Assembly (NCBI GenBank): GCA_038250675.1
Contig: JBBSCB010000001.1
Coordinates: forward strand, 20,877-84,876
Origin: Gemmatimonadales bacterium
GTDB taxonomy: Bacteria; Gemmatimonadota; Gemmatimonadetes; Gemmatimonadales; GWC2-71-9
Direction: 5' to 3'
Length of the DNA stretch: 64,000 nucleotides
Every line of letters begins with the position of its first letter. Positions within the stretch are counted from its first letter, which is position 1. The position numbers and the translations under genes are program-made. The notes beneath the pieces are model-generated. The model saw only the letters and a list, made by a program, of their open reading frames with translations, was not told where the DNA came from and searched no databases. Of this stretch, positions 1 to 7,905 are shown piece by piece.

Positions 1-360
1 TGGGACTTCTTCTACACCTTCAATGACGTCACCGGCCGGAACCTCGACTGGTTCTGGAACAACTGGTACTTCAGCACCGACTACATCGATCTGGGCATCG
101 CGAGCGTCACCCGCGCCGGGAGCGGCTACCGGGTGGTGCTCGACAACATCGGCGGCATGACGGCACCGGTGGACCTCACGCTGACCTACGCCGACGGCAG
201 CACCCGGACGCTGCACCAGTCGCCGGCGATCTGGCAGGCCAACCAGCAGCGGGCAACCGTCGTGGTGCCGGGCGGCAAGGCGCTGCGCTCGGTGGCGCTC
301 GACGGCGGCATCTGGGTGGACGCGGACACGACAAACAATACGTGGACCGCGCCGAAGTAG
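1..360 (+). CDS. M1-family metallopeptidase-like protein, C-terminal fragment (gene begins upstream of window)
   Basis: Frame 1 is open from base 1 to TAG at 358-360 (WDFFYTFNDVTGRNLDWFWNNWYF...). GC3 is high. It resembles the C-terminal region of M1 aminopeptidase-like proteins from memory. No catalytic motif lies inside the window. Confidence 0.5.
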   Translation, partial: WDFFYTFNDVTGRNLDWFWNNWYFSTDYIDLGIASVTRAGSGYRVVLDNIGGMTAPVDLTLTYADGSTRTLHQSPAIWQANQQRATVVVPGGKALRSVALDGGIWVDADTTNNTWTAPK

Positions 361-397
361 GCGCGCCGATGGCGGGCCGGCCCTGCGGCTGGTCTCG

Positions 398-1969
398 TCA
401 GCGCGTCGATTTCCGCGGCATCGGCGCATCGCTCATCGCCGCGTGCCAGGCGTACGATGCCATGATGACCGCGTTCTTCATCAGATCGTCCCCCTGGATC
501 GTGTCGTAGAAATCCAGGTTGGTGTGCCCGCCCTCCGCCGGTATGCGGTCCTGCAGGAACTGGAATCCCGGCAGCCCCACCTCGTCGAATGAGACGTGGT
601 CGGTGCTGCCCACGCTCTGGTTGGACACCGCGGTCATCCCCATGTCATGGAACGGCTCCATCCACGCGGCCAGCAGCGTGCGGGCCGCCTCGTTGCCCTG
701 CAGGTAGATGCCGCGGTACTGGCCGGCGCCGTAGTCCTGGTTGAAATAGGCATATAGCTTGTCGTACTCCGGCTTCCGGCCCACCGTCGAGTCGTGCGGG
801 TTGCCGAAGTGCTGCCGCACGTAGGCCCGGGACCCAAAGAGCCCCTGCTCCTCTCCGGCCCAGAGCGCCACCCGGATGGTGCGCCGCGGCCGCGCCCCCA
901 CCGCCTTGAGTATCCGCGCCGCCTCGAGCGCCACCGCCACGCCGGAGGTGTTGTCGCTCGCGTTTGGGCTCGCGTGCCAGGTGTCGAAGTGCGCGCCGAT
1001 CATCACCACCTGGTCCTTGAGATCGCTGCCCGGAATTTCCCCCAGGATGTTCACCGCCTGCTCCACCCGGTCGCCGATCCGGTTCCGGACCTCGAGTTCC
1101 ACCTTCACCGGAATCCCGCGCTTGAGGATCCGGTACATCCGGTTGTAGTGCTCCGGCGTGATCGCGATGATCACCGGCGAGGCGCGGTCTCCCTCGGCGG
1201 ACCAGTGATCGATACGCGTGCCGGGACGCGAATAGCCGCGCACGGCGCCGAGCCATCCGCTCTCGCACTGCAACACCGCCACGACGCCTTCAGCTTTGTA
1301 GAACGCCATCTTCTCGTCGGCCGTCAGCAGGTCCGGGTTGCGCGGACCGCGCGCGGTCGGCCGCACCGGCGCGATCACCGTCTCCTCCAGTGCCCTGAGC
1401 TCGGCGTCGGTGCGGCGGGGCACGCCGTTCGTCAGCGGCGCCAGATCGATCGCGGCGGGCGGCGTGGACAGCACCGCCAGCCCGCGGAGCTTGCCGCGGT
1501 ACGTCTCGAGGTCCTGTCGCGTCTGCAGCTCGGCGATCATTGCCTGCGCCACCTGCCGGCCGTCGGTCCCCGGTGTGTGCGCCAGCGGGTAGCCCACCAT
1601 CGGCGAGTAGTCGGGCTCGAGCATGTGCAGCGACACGTACTCGTTGTCCCACGCGACGCCGTAATCCATGAACGGCTCAGCCCGGACGTTGACCAGCCCA
1701 ATGCGCGTCATCTCTGCCCTGGCCCATTCCTGCGCCCGCTGCATGTCACGCGAGAGCGTGAGCCGGGCGCCGAGCACGTCGGTCATGTAGCTCTCGAGGT
1801 CCATCACCCGGGAGTGCTGCAGCCCCTCCTCGCGGATGCGGGCGACCATCGGCCAGTCGATGGGGACCGGCCCGCCGGCAAAGGCGGCGGTGGCGAGCAG
1901 CAGGACGGCCGGGAGCGACCGGCGGCGGAGTGACGTGCGAATCGACATGCGGATCGACATGCGATGCAA
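398..1969 (-). CDS. M28-family metallo-aminopeptidase, secreted
   Basis: 523-aa ORF with signal peptide RRRSLPAVLLLATAAFAGG. M28 zinc-ligand blocks are present: IGAHFDTW, DNTSGVAVALEAARIL, ALWAGEEQGLFGSRAYV, GSTDHVSF. The start is ambiguous (M1, M4 or M8). Confidence 0.85.
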   Translation of the reverse strand: MHRMSIRMSIRTSLRRRSLPAVLLLATAAFAGGPVPIDWPMVARIREEGLQHSRVMDLESYMTDVLGARLTLSRDMQRAQEWARAEMTRIGLVNVRAEPFMDYGVAWDNEYVSLHMLEPDYSPMVGYPLAHTPGTDGRQVAQAMIAELQTRQDLETYRGKLRGLAVLSTPPAAIDLAPLTNGVPRRTDAELRALEETVIAPVRPTARGPRNPDLLTADEKMAFYKAEGVVAVLQCESGWLGAVRGYSRPGTRIDHWSAEGDRASPVIIAITPEHYNRMYRILKRGIPVKVELEVRNRIGDRVEQAVNILGEIPGSDLKDQVVMIGAHFDTWHASPNASDNTSGVAVALEAARILKAVGARPRRTIRVALWAGEEQGLFGSRAYVRQHFGNPHDSTVGRKPEYDKLYAYFNQDYGAGQYRGIYLQGNEAARTLLAAWMEPFHDMGMTAVSNQSVGSTDHVSFDEVGLPGFQFLQDRIPAEGGHTNLDFYDTIQGDDLMKNAVIMASYAWHAAMSDAPMPRKSTR

Positions 1970-2011
1970 CCTGGGTGGCGGTTGGGAAAGCGGAGATCGT
2001 TTCGGAAGCGG

Positions 2012-2374
2012 CTATCGCACCCCGGAGCCCACGTAGACCGACTCCAGTACCTGGCGGTCATCAGCCAGGGAAGGCAGCGCAACCTCCTGGCCGGTCACGT
2101 CCCCGGCACGATGGGCGGCCTCGAACAGCGGCAGCACGTCGGCCTGGAACCCGGGGTCGGCATCGGCATGCTGGATCAGGAGCGTCGCCGCATTGACGCC
2201 GTCGGCCCCCACCTGCACGACGAGACTGTCGCGCACCTCCTGGTCCTGTGCAACACGGCGGAGCAGCTCGTCCCGGAGCGCCGGCTGCTCGATCGGAGGC
2301 GGCGCGGCACCGCGGGAGGAGCAGGCCGCGAGTGCGAGGCAGCCGAGGAAGGAGATTCGCAAACGGAGCATCAC
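2012..2374 (-). CDS. hypothetical lipoprotein
   Basis: 120-aa ORF whose N-terminus MMLRLRISFLGCLALAAC|SS is a signal peptide plus lipobox. GC3 is high. Confidence 0.6.
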   Translation of the reverse strand: MMLRLRISFLGCLALAACSSRGAAPPPIEQPALRDELLRRVAQDQEVRDSLVVQVGADGVNAATLLIQHADADPGFQADVLPLFEAAHRAGDVTGQEVALPSLADDRQVLESVYVGSGVR

Positions 2375-2399
2375 TCAACGTGCAGCGCAGCGACACATC

Positions 2400-2601
2400 T
2401 CACAAGGTGATGTCCGCCGCGCGGCGAAGCCGGGCGGCCCGCGTCGTGAGATAATTCCGCTCGGGGATGCTGGTCGTCCCCTCCGCGGCGGCATCGTCTC
2501 CGCCGCGTCCGCCGGCGCGTGACCAAAGCCGTTCTCGAGTTCGGCCGCCACCGGCAGGTCGCCTGGAATCGCCTGGCCTTCTCGAGCAGTGTGACGGACA
2601 T
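2400..2601 (-). pseudogene. possible relic of a PEP-mutase / isocitrate-lyase-family gene
   Basis: ATG at 2601 is preceded by GGGAGA. Three different frames each carry a family-like segment, in the right order: MSVTLLEKARRFQA, LPVAAELENGFGHAPADAAET, and AAAEGTTSIPE...TRAARLRRAADI. Total length is only about 200 nt, against about 800 nt for an intact gene. Confidence 0.3.
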
Positions 2602-2647
2602 GAGGTGTCTCCCGATGGCGATCGCACCGGGCGGACGGCCGGCTCGG

Positions 2648-3043
2648 CTAGGTGGAGGGCGGCAGCATCACCGTCGCGGCGCAGCGCTCACAGATGCCGT
2701 GGGTGGTCTCCGCCGCGTGCTGGCGCTCGAGGAACTCTTCCACCGTGAGCCACTCATCCCCGTCACGCACCCGCCGGCACCAGGCGCACAGGACGACGAG
2801 CGACTCAAGATACAGGATGCGGCGGAACGCCCGCGCGGTCACCACGACGACCACCGCGCCGAGCGCGAGCGTCAGGACCGATTCGAGGGTGCCTTCGGCA
2901 ATGCGGACCGGCGTGGGCGGTGCCCCGAACACGCGATGCGGAAGATCGAGCAGCTCGTCGAGCCAGATGATGACGCTGACGATCAGGAAGCCGGCGGCTT
3001 CCAGCGCGAGGAGGCGGCGGAACGTGGTGCGACGCGGTGTCAC
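2648..3043 (-). CDS. small membrane protein with C-terminal four-cysteine (CxxC-x28-CxxC) domain
   Basis: Two hydrophobic helices (LEAAGFLIVSVIIWL; VLTLALGAVVVVVTA) are followed by LCAWCRRVRDGDEWLTVEEFLERQHAAETTHGICERC. The start is taken at GTG 3043, because the 175-aa ORF upstream part looks non-coding. Confidence 0.6.
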   Translation of the reverse strand: MTPRRTTFRRLLALEAAGFLIVSVIIWLDELLDLPHRVFGAPPTPVRIAEGTLESVLTLALGAVVVVVTARAFRRILYLESLVVLCAWCRRVRDGDEWLTVEEFLERQHAAETTHGICERCAATVMLPPST

Positions 3044-3359
3044 TGGCAGCTCCGGAACGTGGCGCCCGCGGGTGCGCGGCCCATATGAGCATGGAAAACA
3101 GTCGCGCGGTCCGGCGCGGCCCCCGAGCTCAGATACGCAAGAGCAGGGCCCGTCGCTGAGCAAGCGACCATGCAACCTTTTGGCTGGTCAGCGGTTGATC
3201 TGCGGTTGATGGCGGGCGCCACATTGACTCTTACGCGAGCCAGGCGTGACTGCAAACTGTCTCACTCGAACGACCCGCACCACCCAGCGAAGCGAAGCAC
3301 GAGGCCGGCCAGTCCGGCCGGCGGGTCCTCCGGGATTCGCCGGCCGACTCTCCGGACCG

Positions 3360-4025
3360 TCAACGCGGACCGGGCTGCGGACTCCCGCTCAGGACGCCCA
3401 GCGCGTCCATCGCTTCCGGCAGCACCAGCGCGGCCCACTCCTCAAAATGTCCTGCCGACGGATGCAGGCCGTCGTCGGCCGTCAGCGCGGGATCATCCAG
3501 CGCGCGGCGCGAGGGCGTCGTCACGTCCACGTACCGCATCCGCCATCCCAGGCACTCGCTGCGATTCACCGCGTTGAACGCATCCACCGCCTGCGTGATG
3601 GCGGCACGATCGCGCCCGCTGGCAAACGGGGTCGCGCCCCAGTCGGGGATCGAGAGCACGATGATGCGGCCGGGCCCGACGGCCAGGCCGAGGGCCGTCT
3701 GCAGCAGTCTGCGAAAGTCGTGGCGGTATTCCTCCAGGGGGCAGCCCATGTACTGGTTGTTGAACCCGATGAGGAGCGACACGAGCTCGAAGCGGCCCGC
3801 CGGGGGCTTGTCACGGAGCGATTCGGCGAGGTCGGCGGCGGTCCAGCCGGTGCGGGCGATGATCGTGGGGAACACCGCGGGGAGTCCGCGCTCGAGGAGC
3901 ATCCGCTGAAGCTGGGCCGGCCACGACTCGGTAACGGCGATGTCCTGGCCCGTGGCGTACGAATCGCCGAGGACCAGATGCCGGATCATGGACGGATGGG
4001 TCGGCAGGTACGGCATGTCCGGCAT
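3360..4025 (-). CDS. SGNH/GDSL-family hydrolase
   Basis: SGNH blocks are present: VLGDSYATG (I), IGFNNQ (III), DGLHPSAGH (V). The start is uncertain, with ATGs at 4025, 4016 and 3989. The upstream part of the 295-aa ORF is implausible as coding. Confidence 0.8.
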   Translation of the reverse strand: MPDMPYLPTHPSMIRHLVLGDSYATGQDIAVTESWPAQLQRMLLERGLPAVFPTIIARTGWTAADLAESLRDKPPAGRFELVSLLIGFNNQYMGCPLEEYRHDFRRLLQTALGLAVGPGRIIVLSIPDWGATPFASGRDRAAITQAVDAFNAVNRSECLGWRMRYVDVTTPSRRALDDPALTADDGLHPSAGHFEEWAALVLPEAMDALGVLSGSPQPGPR

Positions 4026-4243
4026 CGACGTGTTGATCGTGTTCACGTACGAGAGCTGGGCCACAGCGGAATTCCTCGGCGAAAGACACGTCGGTCGCGT
4101 GGGACATCGACTGGGGAGGGATTCGGTCGCGAAGGTACTGCGTCGTACGGATGGGGGCCAGATGTGGCTGCAGCGCCGCAGCAGTGACCAGGAATTGACG
4201 TGTACAGCTTCTGGGCGATCGGGCGGCGCGAGGCCGCCATTCG

Positions 4244-4583
4244 TCACTCTCGTCTGGTTTCCTCTCTGGACGTGGCGTCAGCGCGGCCGGTCTCGCAAGG
4301 GCTCCAGTCGAGAAATTTCCGGTAGAGCAGTTCGGAGGCGCCGGGCATCAGATGGTCGCGGAGCTCGCGGATGTACTGGTAGCCCAGCCGCTCGTACAGC
4401 CGGCGGGCGCCATCGTTGAAGGACGAGACGCACAGGAAACGCACCGACCATGCACAGGATCAGGAAACCTGCGAGCCCCCGCTCGTCGTCCGCCACGTAC
4501 ACCTCGCGCGTCGGATCCTCAATGATGCCGAGCGACTCCTCGACCGAACGACCCAGCGTGACCCACGGCTCCGAGCCGGCCAT
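4244..4583 (-). pseudogene. GNAT-family N-acetyltransferase, internally deleted and frameshifted
   Basis: One frame gives MAGSEPWVTLGRSVEESLGIIEDPTREVYVADDERGLAGFLILCMVGAF. Another gives RFLCVSSFNDGARRLYERLGYQYIRELRDHLMPGASELLYRKF. The acetyl-CoA motif A (R/QxxGxG/A), expected between them, is absent. Confidence 0.6.
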
Positions 4584-5194
4584 CAGCCATCGGTCGGCGG
4601 TGCGCCCGAGGTAACCACGCGCCGGCGCGCCTGCTCCAGCGCGGCGCGGACCTCGTCCCGGTTGTCGAGGTCGGACAGCCTGATGCGGCGGCTCCGGTGC
4701 GGCGTGTGGATGATCGCGTCTGTCTCGGTGATCGTGATCTCCGTGATGTCGCCCCACGCCGCGCGGAAGCGCCGCCACGGCGGCCCGCCGATTCGGAGTC
4801 CGTCGTCGCTCACCCGCAGCGCGCGACGGCCGAGCGACCATCGGGTGACCCGCGCGTGGGCCAGCCCCATCGTCAGAGTGACGGCGGCGAGCAGGATGAT
4901 CGGCCGCGCGACATGATGCGCCACGTGCCATCGTTCCCACGCCTCGGCCAGCAGCATGGAGCCGGTCCAGATGGCCACCCAGTCCACCCGGCCTGGGTGG
5001 GCGTGATGGTGACCTCCGGCGGGCGGTACGAATGAGTGACGCAGATGGCGGGCGAGGGAGATGAGCAGCAGTCCGCTCGATACGACTTCGACGACGGCCA
5101 GGGAGAGCGCGCCACCGGTCGCGGGCTCCGAGAGCCCCTGGATGCCGGTCACGAGCAGCGCGACCGCCGGAACGGCGTGCTGCAGGTGCTGCAC
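4583..5194 (-). CDS. hypothetical membrane protein (4 TM plus C-terminal soluble, PH-like domain)
   Basis: 203-aa ORF with a GTG start, hydrophobic helices and a His-rich loop (GGHHHAH). Its stop overlaps the ATG of the GNAT relic (TGATG). Confidence 0.55.
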   Translation of the reverse strand: MQHLQHAVPAVALLVTGIQGLSEPATGGALSLAVVEVVSSGLLLISLARHLRHSFVPPAGGHHHAHPGRVDWVAIWTGSMLLAEAWERWHVAHHVARPIILLAAVTLTMGLAHARVTRWSLGRRALRVSDDGLRIGGPPWRRFRAAWGDITEITITETDAIIHTPHRSRRIRLSDLDNRDEVRAALEQARRRVVTSGAPPTDG

Positions 5195-5332
5195 CGCGCG
5201 GGCGCGTTGCAGGCGGCGGGAGTGGAGCGGGATGATCAGCGTCTGGGTCAGGGCGCCTCCCGGCGCGTCAGTCGGAATTCGTGGAGATGGGGATACTCGC
5301 CGGTCTGATTTGCTCCGCCGACACGGTCATCG

Positions 5333-6631
5333 CTACAGACGCCGCACGCGAAGTTTCACCACGTGAATGCTGCCGTCGGCCGCCTGAATGGCTCCGATGA
5401 GGTGGTCATGCCCAATCTCGAAAACCTGGACTTCGCCTGCGATCCTGAGATCGCCGATGATCACGTTGTCGAGGGTGAGTCCCCGAAGCCACGTCACGCT
5501 ATCCCCAGGTATGCTGAGTTGCACCCAGATGATGCCGTCCGTGTCCGCGAGGACTGCCTGATAGGCCGGAAGATGCTCGGGCATCGGCAGCCGATGGAGC
5601 ATCTGTTCGCTCATGGCACGAGTTGCCGCATTGCGGAACACCGCCGACTGGAGCGCGGTGGCGCGGTCGAACTGGCGCGCGTTCGGCTGCCGCACGGCGA
5701 CGCGCGTCGTGAGTGGCGCACCCGCTTTGCCCGCGAAATCGAGCACCAGAATCGTATCCGAGTCCGCGGTGCCGACGATCAGCCTATCTCCGGCCACCGC
5801 CAGCGCGGTGATCCGGCCCAGCGGACGGGCCTGGCCCATCGGATAGACGCCCAGGGCATGCACTGTGTCGGCAACCGACACCATGGCATACAGTTGGCCG
5901 CGAAATTCTGCCGTAGCCATCTGGGCGACTGAGGTCGGTACCGCCTCCGGCGGGCCGAAGTACGCTACCGCACCACTGCGGCTGCAGGTGATGGCGGTGG
6001 GAACCGGCCGGAGCTGAAATTCCCGAGCCACGTGCCGGTCCGGTCCGAGGACCGTCATCCGCTGCGTCATCCGGTCCCAGACGAACACGGAGTCATGCGC
6101 GCACTGGCCGAGCCGGCCGGTCGACGAGAGGAGCCGACCACTCGGCACAAAGAATCGTACGGCGTACTCACCTCGGTCTGCGACGGCGATCGATCCATCA
6201 GGCAGTTGCGTGGCACCCACTGGCTCGCTGAGCGTCGACTCGCCCAGGTCGAGTATTGCGAGGCTGTCGATCGTAATAGCATGGGCAGGCGTCTGCTGAC
6301 GTTCTGTGCGGCACGCCGCGCTCGCAAGAAGCATGGCCAGGAGGACACGGCAGCGCTCACCACGTCGCTCGCCACGACGACCGTCAGCGGTCATCGAAAT
6401 CGCGACCGACCCCAACAGTCGCCACCAGGTGATACCACCTGCACGCCCGCCATCCGCCGACATTGGCGAATACCGTCGCATCGCGACTCCCGTGATCGGG
6501 GCAACTGCAAAGATGGCCATCATCGTCAGATTGAACCCGGGCCACCCTGCGAGCGCGAGCACGGGCAACATCCCGGTGACGATCCACAGCAGGGCGACCG
6601 CCCGCCCCCCGCCCGCCCGCGTCACTGCCAC
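5333..6631 (-). CDS. beta-propeller-like membrane/lipoprotein (start uncertain; alternative ATG 6394)
   Basis: The C-terminal ~330 aa has repeated strand-rich blocks (PDGSIAVADRG, GDRLIVGTADSDTILVLD, DTDGIIWVQ, ADGSIHVV). An internal MTADGRRGERRGERCRVLLAMLLASAAC looks like a lipoprotein signal. The in-frame upstream 80 aa is TM-like, and GTG 6631 lies 4 nt after the upstream stop. Confidence 0.5.
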   Translation of the reverse strand: MAVTRAGGGRAVALLWIVTGMLPVLALAGWPGFNLTMMAIFAVAPITGVAMRRYSPMSADGGRAGGITWWRLLGSVAISMTADGRRGERRGERCRVLLAMLLASAACRTERQQTPAHAITIDSLAILDLGESTLSEPVGATQLPDGSIAVADRGEYAVRFFVPSGRLLSSTGRLGQCAHDSVFVWDRMTQRMTVLGPDRHVAREFQLRPVPTAITCSRSGAVAYFGPPEAVPTSVAQMATAEFRGQLYAMVSVADTVHALGVYPMGQARPLGRITALAVAGDRLIVGTADSDTILVLDFAGKAGAPLTTRVAVRQPNARQFDRATALQSAVFRNAATRAMSEQMLHRLPMPEHLPAYQAVLADTDGIIWVQLSIPGDSVTWLRGLTLDNVIIGDLRIAGEVQVFEIGHDHLIGAIQAADGSIHVVKLRVRRL

Positions 6632-6635
6632 CCAC

Positions 6636-6926
6636 TCACCCCGCTGGCTCGTCCAGTATCGGCTCTTCCAGCTCGATCTCGATCCCCCCGATCCACCCGG
6701 CCACCATGTTGTAGACCGCGCACCCGAGCGCCGCGAACACGGCCCCCACCACCCCGTAGAGCACCGGCATCGCCAGCGCGAGACCGACGCCAAAGCCCGA
6801 GCGTCCGGGCGCAAACGCATTGGCCAGCAACAGGAAGGGGATGAAGATCAGCCCCATCAGCGCGTACATCACTCCCATGACCTTGGCGGTCTGGCCGATC
6901 CCGAATCGCTGAATGCGCTGTCCCAT
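6636..6926 (-). CDS. small integral membrane protein
   Basis: 96-aa core MGQRIQRFGIGQTAKVMGVMYALMGLIFIPFLLLANAF... with 3 hydrophobic helices. The upstream part of the 233-aa ORF is Arg/Pro-rich and not credible. Confidence 0.55.
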   Translation of the reverse strand: MGQRIQRFGIGQTAKVMGVMYALMGLIFIPFLLLANAFAPGRSGFGVGLALAMPVLYGVVGAVFAALGCAVYNMVAGWIGGIEIELEEPILDEPAG

Positions 6927-6978
6927 GACTGGAAGCTCCCGCGTAAGGGTGAAGAGGTCCCATGACGTGATAAAACGA

Positions 6979-7377
6979 TCACCGGGGTCCGCACCCGGCG
7001 AATTTCGCCTTGATGGGCGCGAGATCGATCGGGTGCCAGCGTGTCGTCGTGTCGCCCGCCACGGCGGACGTCGTATCGGCCACCTGCAGTGAGTCGACTC
7101 CGGTCCCGGCGAGCATATACATGGTGGCGTCCGACTGCTCCTCGCGCACCCCCGGGCACTTTCCGGCGGTGAATATGGCCCACCCGGTACGGCCGACGTG
7201 CCACGCCTTCTCAGGATACCTGGCCCAGAACCGGACCAATGCTCGTTCAGGCGGCAGCGAGTCGGCCAAGGAGGGTGCCGGCGACCGATGTCTGGGCGAT
7301 CGATGTTCCGGCTGCTGGGCAGCCAGCGGACCGGCAACGAATGCGAGCGCTGCGTACACGACGAGACCCGTGCGCAT
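6979..7377 (-). CDS. hypothetical secreted protein
   Basis: ATG 7377 is preceded by GAGGGGAGGGAG. Signal peptide is MRTGLVVYAALAFVAGPLAAQ. Length is 132 aa. Confidence 0.55.
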   Translation of the reverse strand: MRTGLVVYAALAFVAGPLAAQQPEHRSPRHRSPAPSLADSLPPERALVRFWARYPEKAWHVGRTGWAIFTAGKCPGVREEQSDATMYMLAGTGVDSLQVADTTSAVAGDTTTRWHPIDLAPIKAKFAGCGPR

Positions 7378-7396
7378 ATGGCTCCCTCCCCTCGAG

Positions 7397-7879
7397 CTAT
7401 TGCACATCGAACGCGACCGCGCCCTGACCCAGATACTCCGGCGGAATCGGCTCACGCCGCCGCTCCACGTGAAATGCAAGCGCACTGATGCACCATGTGC
7501 CTTGCACCCGGATCAATTGAAAGGCATGTACCGTGCGCCCGGTCAGCGCTTCCGCTGCACCGATGACGCGCACCTCGGTGGTGCTGAACACTTGCGCGAT
7601 GTTGCCGTAGGCGTGCGCGTGGTGCCAGAGCTCCGCGTGCTCCTCGCGGATCCCGGCCGCATGTTTGCCCTCACGCACCGGCGCGCCCAGGTCGAGATAC
7701 TCGGTGATGGAGAGGTCAGCGCGGTCCTCCACGCCGGCGTTGTCAGCCATGACACCCCGGATCCGGGCGTCCGGCAGGAAGAGCCGCGTGATGGCTGCCC
7801 GGTCGCGCGCAGCCGGCGGGGCCGCCCAGGTCAGGCGGAAGAACTCAGCCACTGTCTCATGTGCATCGGTGATCGGCAT
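7397..7879 (-). CDS. NTF2-like (SnoaL/DUF4440-type) protein
   Basis: 160-aa ORF with high GC3. Its size and pattern (TVAEFFRLTW...IAQVFSTTEVRV...HAFQLIRVQGTWCISALAF) fit the NTF2 fold. The call is from memory only. Confidence 0.5.
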   Translation of the reverse strand: MPITDAHETVAEFFRLTWAAPPAARDRAAITRLFLPDARIRGVMADNAGVEDRADLSITEYLDLGAPVREGKHAAGIREEHAELWHHAHAYGNIAQVFSTTEVRVIGAAEALTGRTVHAFQLIRVQGTWCISALAFHVERRREPIPPEYLGQGAVAFDVQ

Positions 7880-7905
7880 GAACCTCCGGGCGCGCGCGCG
7901 CCAGT

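Noticed and set aside
361-397. Weak hairpin GGCCGGCC-ctgc-GGCTGGTC between convergent M1-like and M28 genes as a bidirectional terminator
   Set aside because: The stem needs two G-U pairs and there is no U-tract on either strand, so it is not convincing.
794-1933. Long antisense or alternate-frame ORFs throughout the track. Examples are 794-1933 +, 11264-12232 +, 12583-14400 +, 16401-18011 +, 22499-24298 -, 24449-25981 -, 41599-43062 +, 44455-45546 -, 45930-47621 -, 53328-54461 -, 59777-62101 + and 62127-63341 +.
   Set aside because: They mirror well-supported genes on the other strand or in another frame. They are Arg/Pro/Gly/His-rich with no recognisable motifs. Such open frames are expected in very GC-rich DNA, where stop codons are rare.
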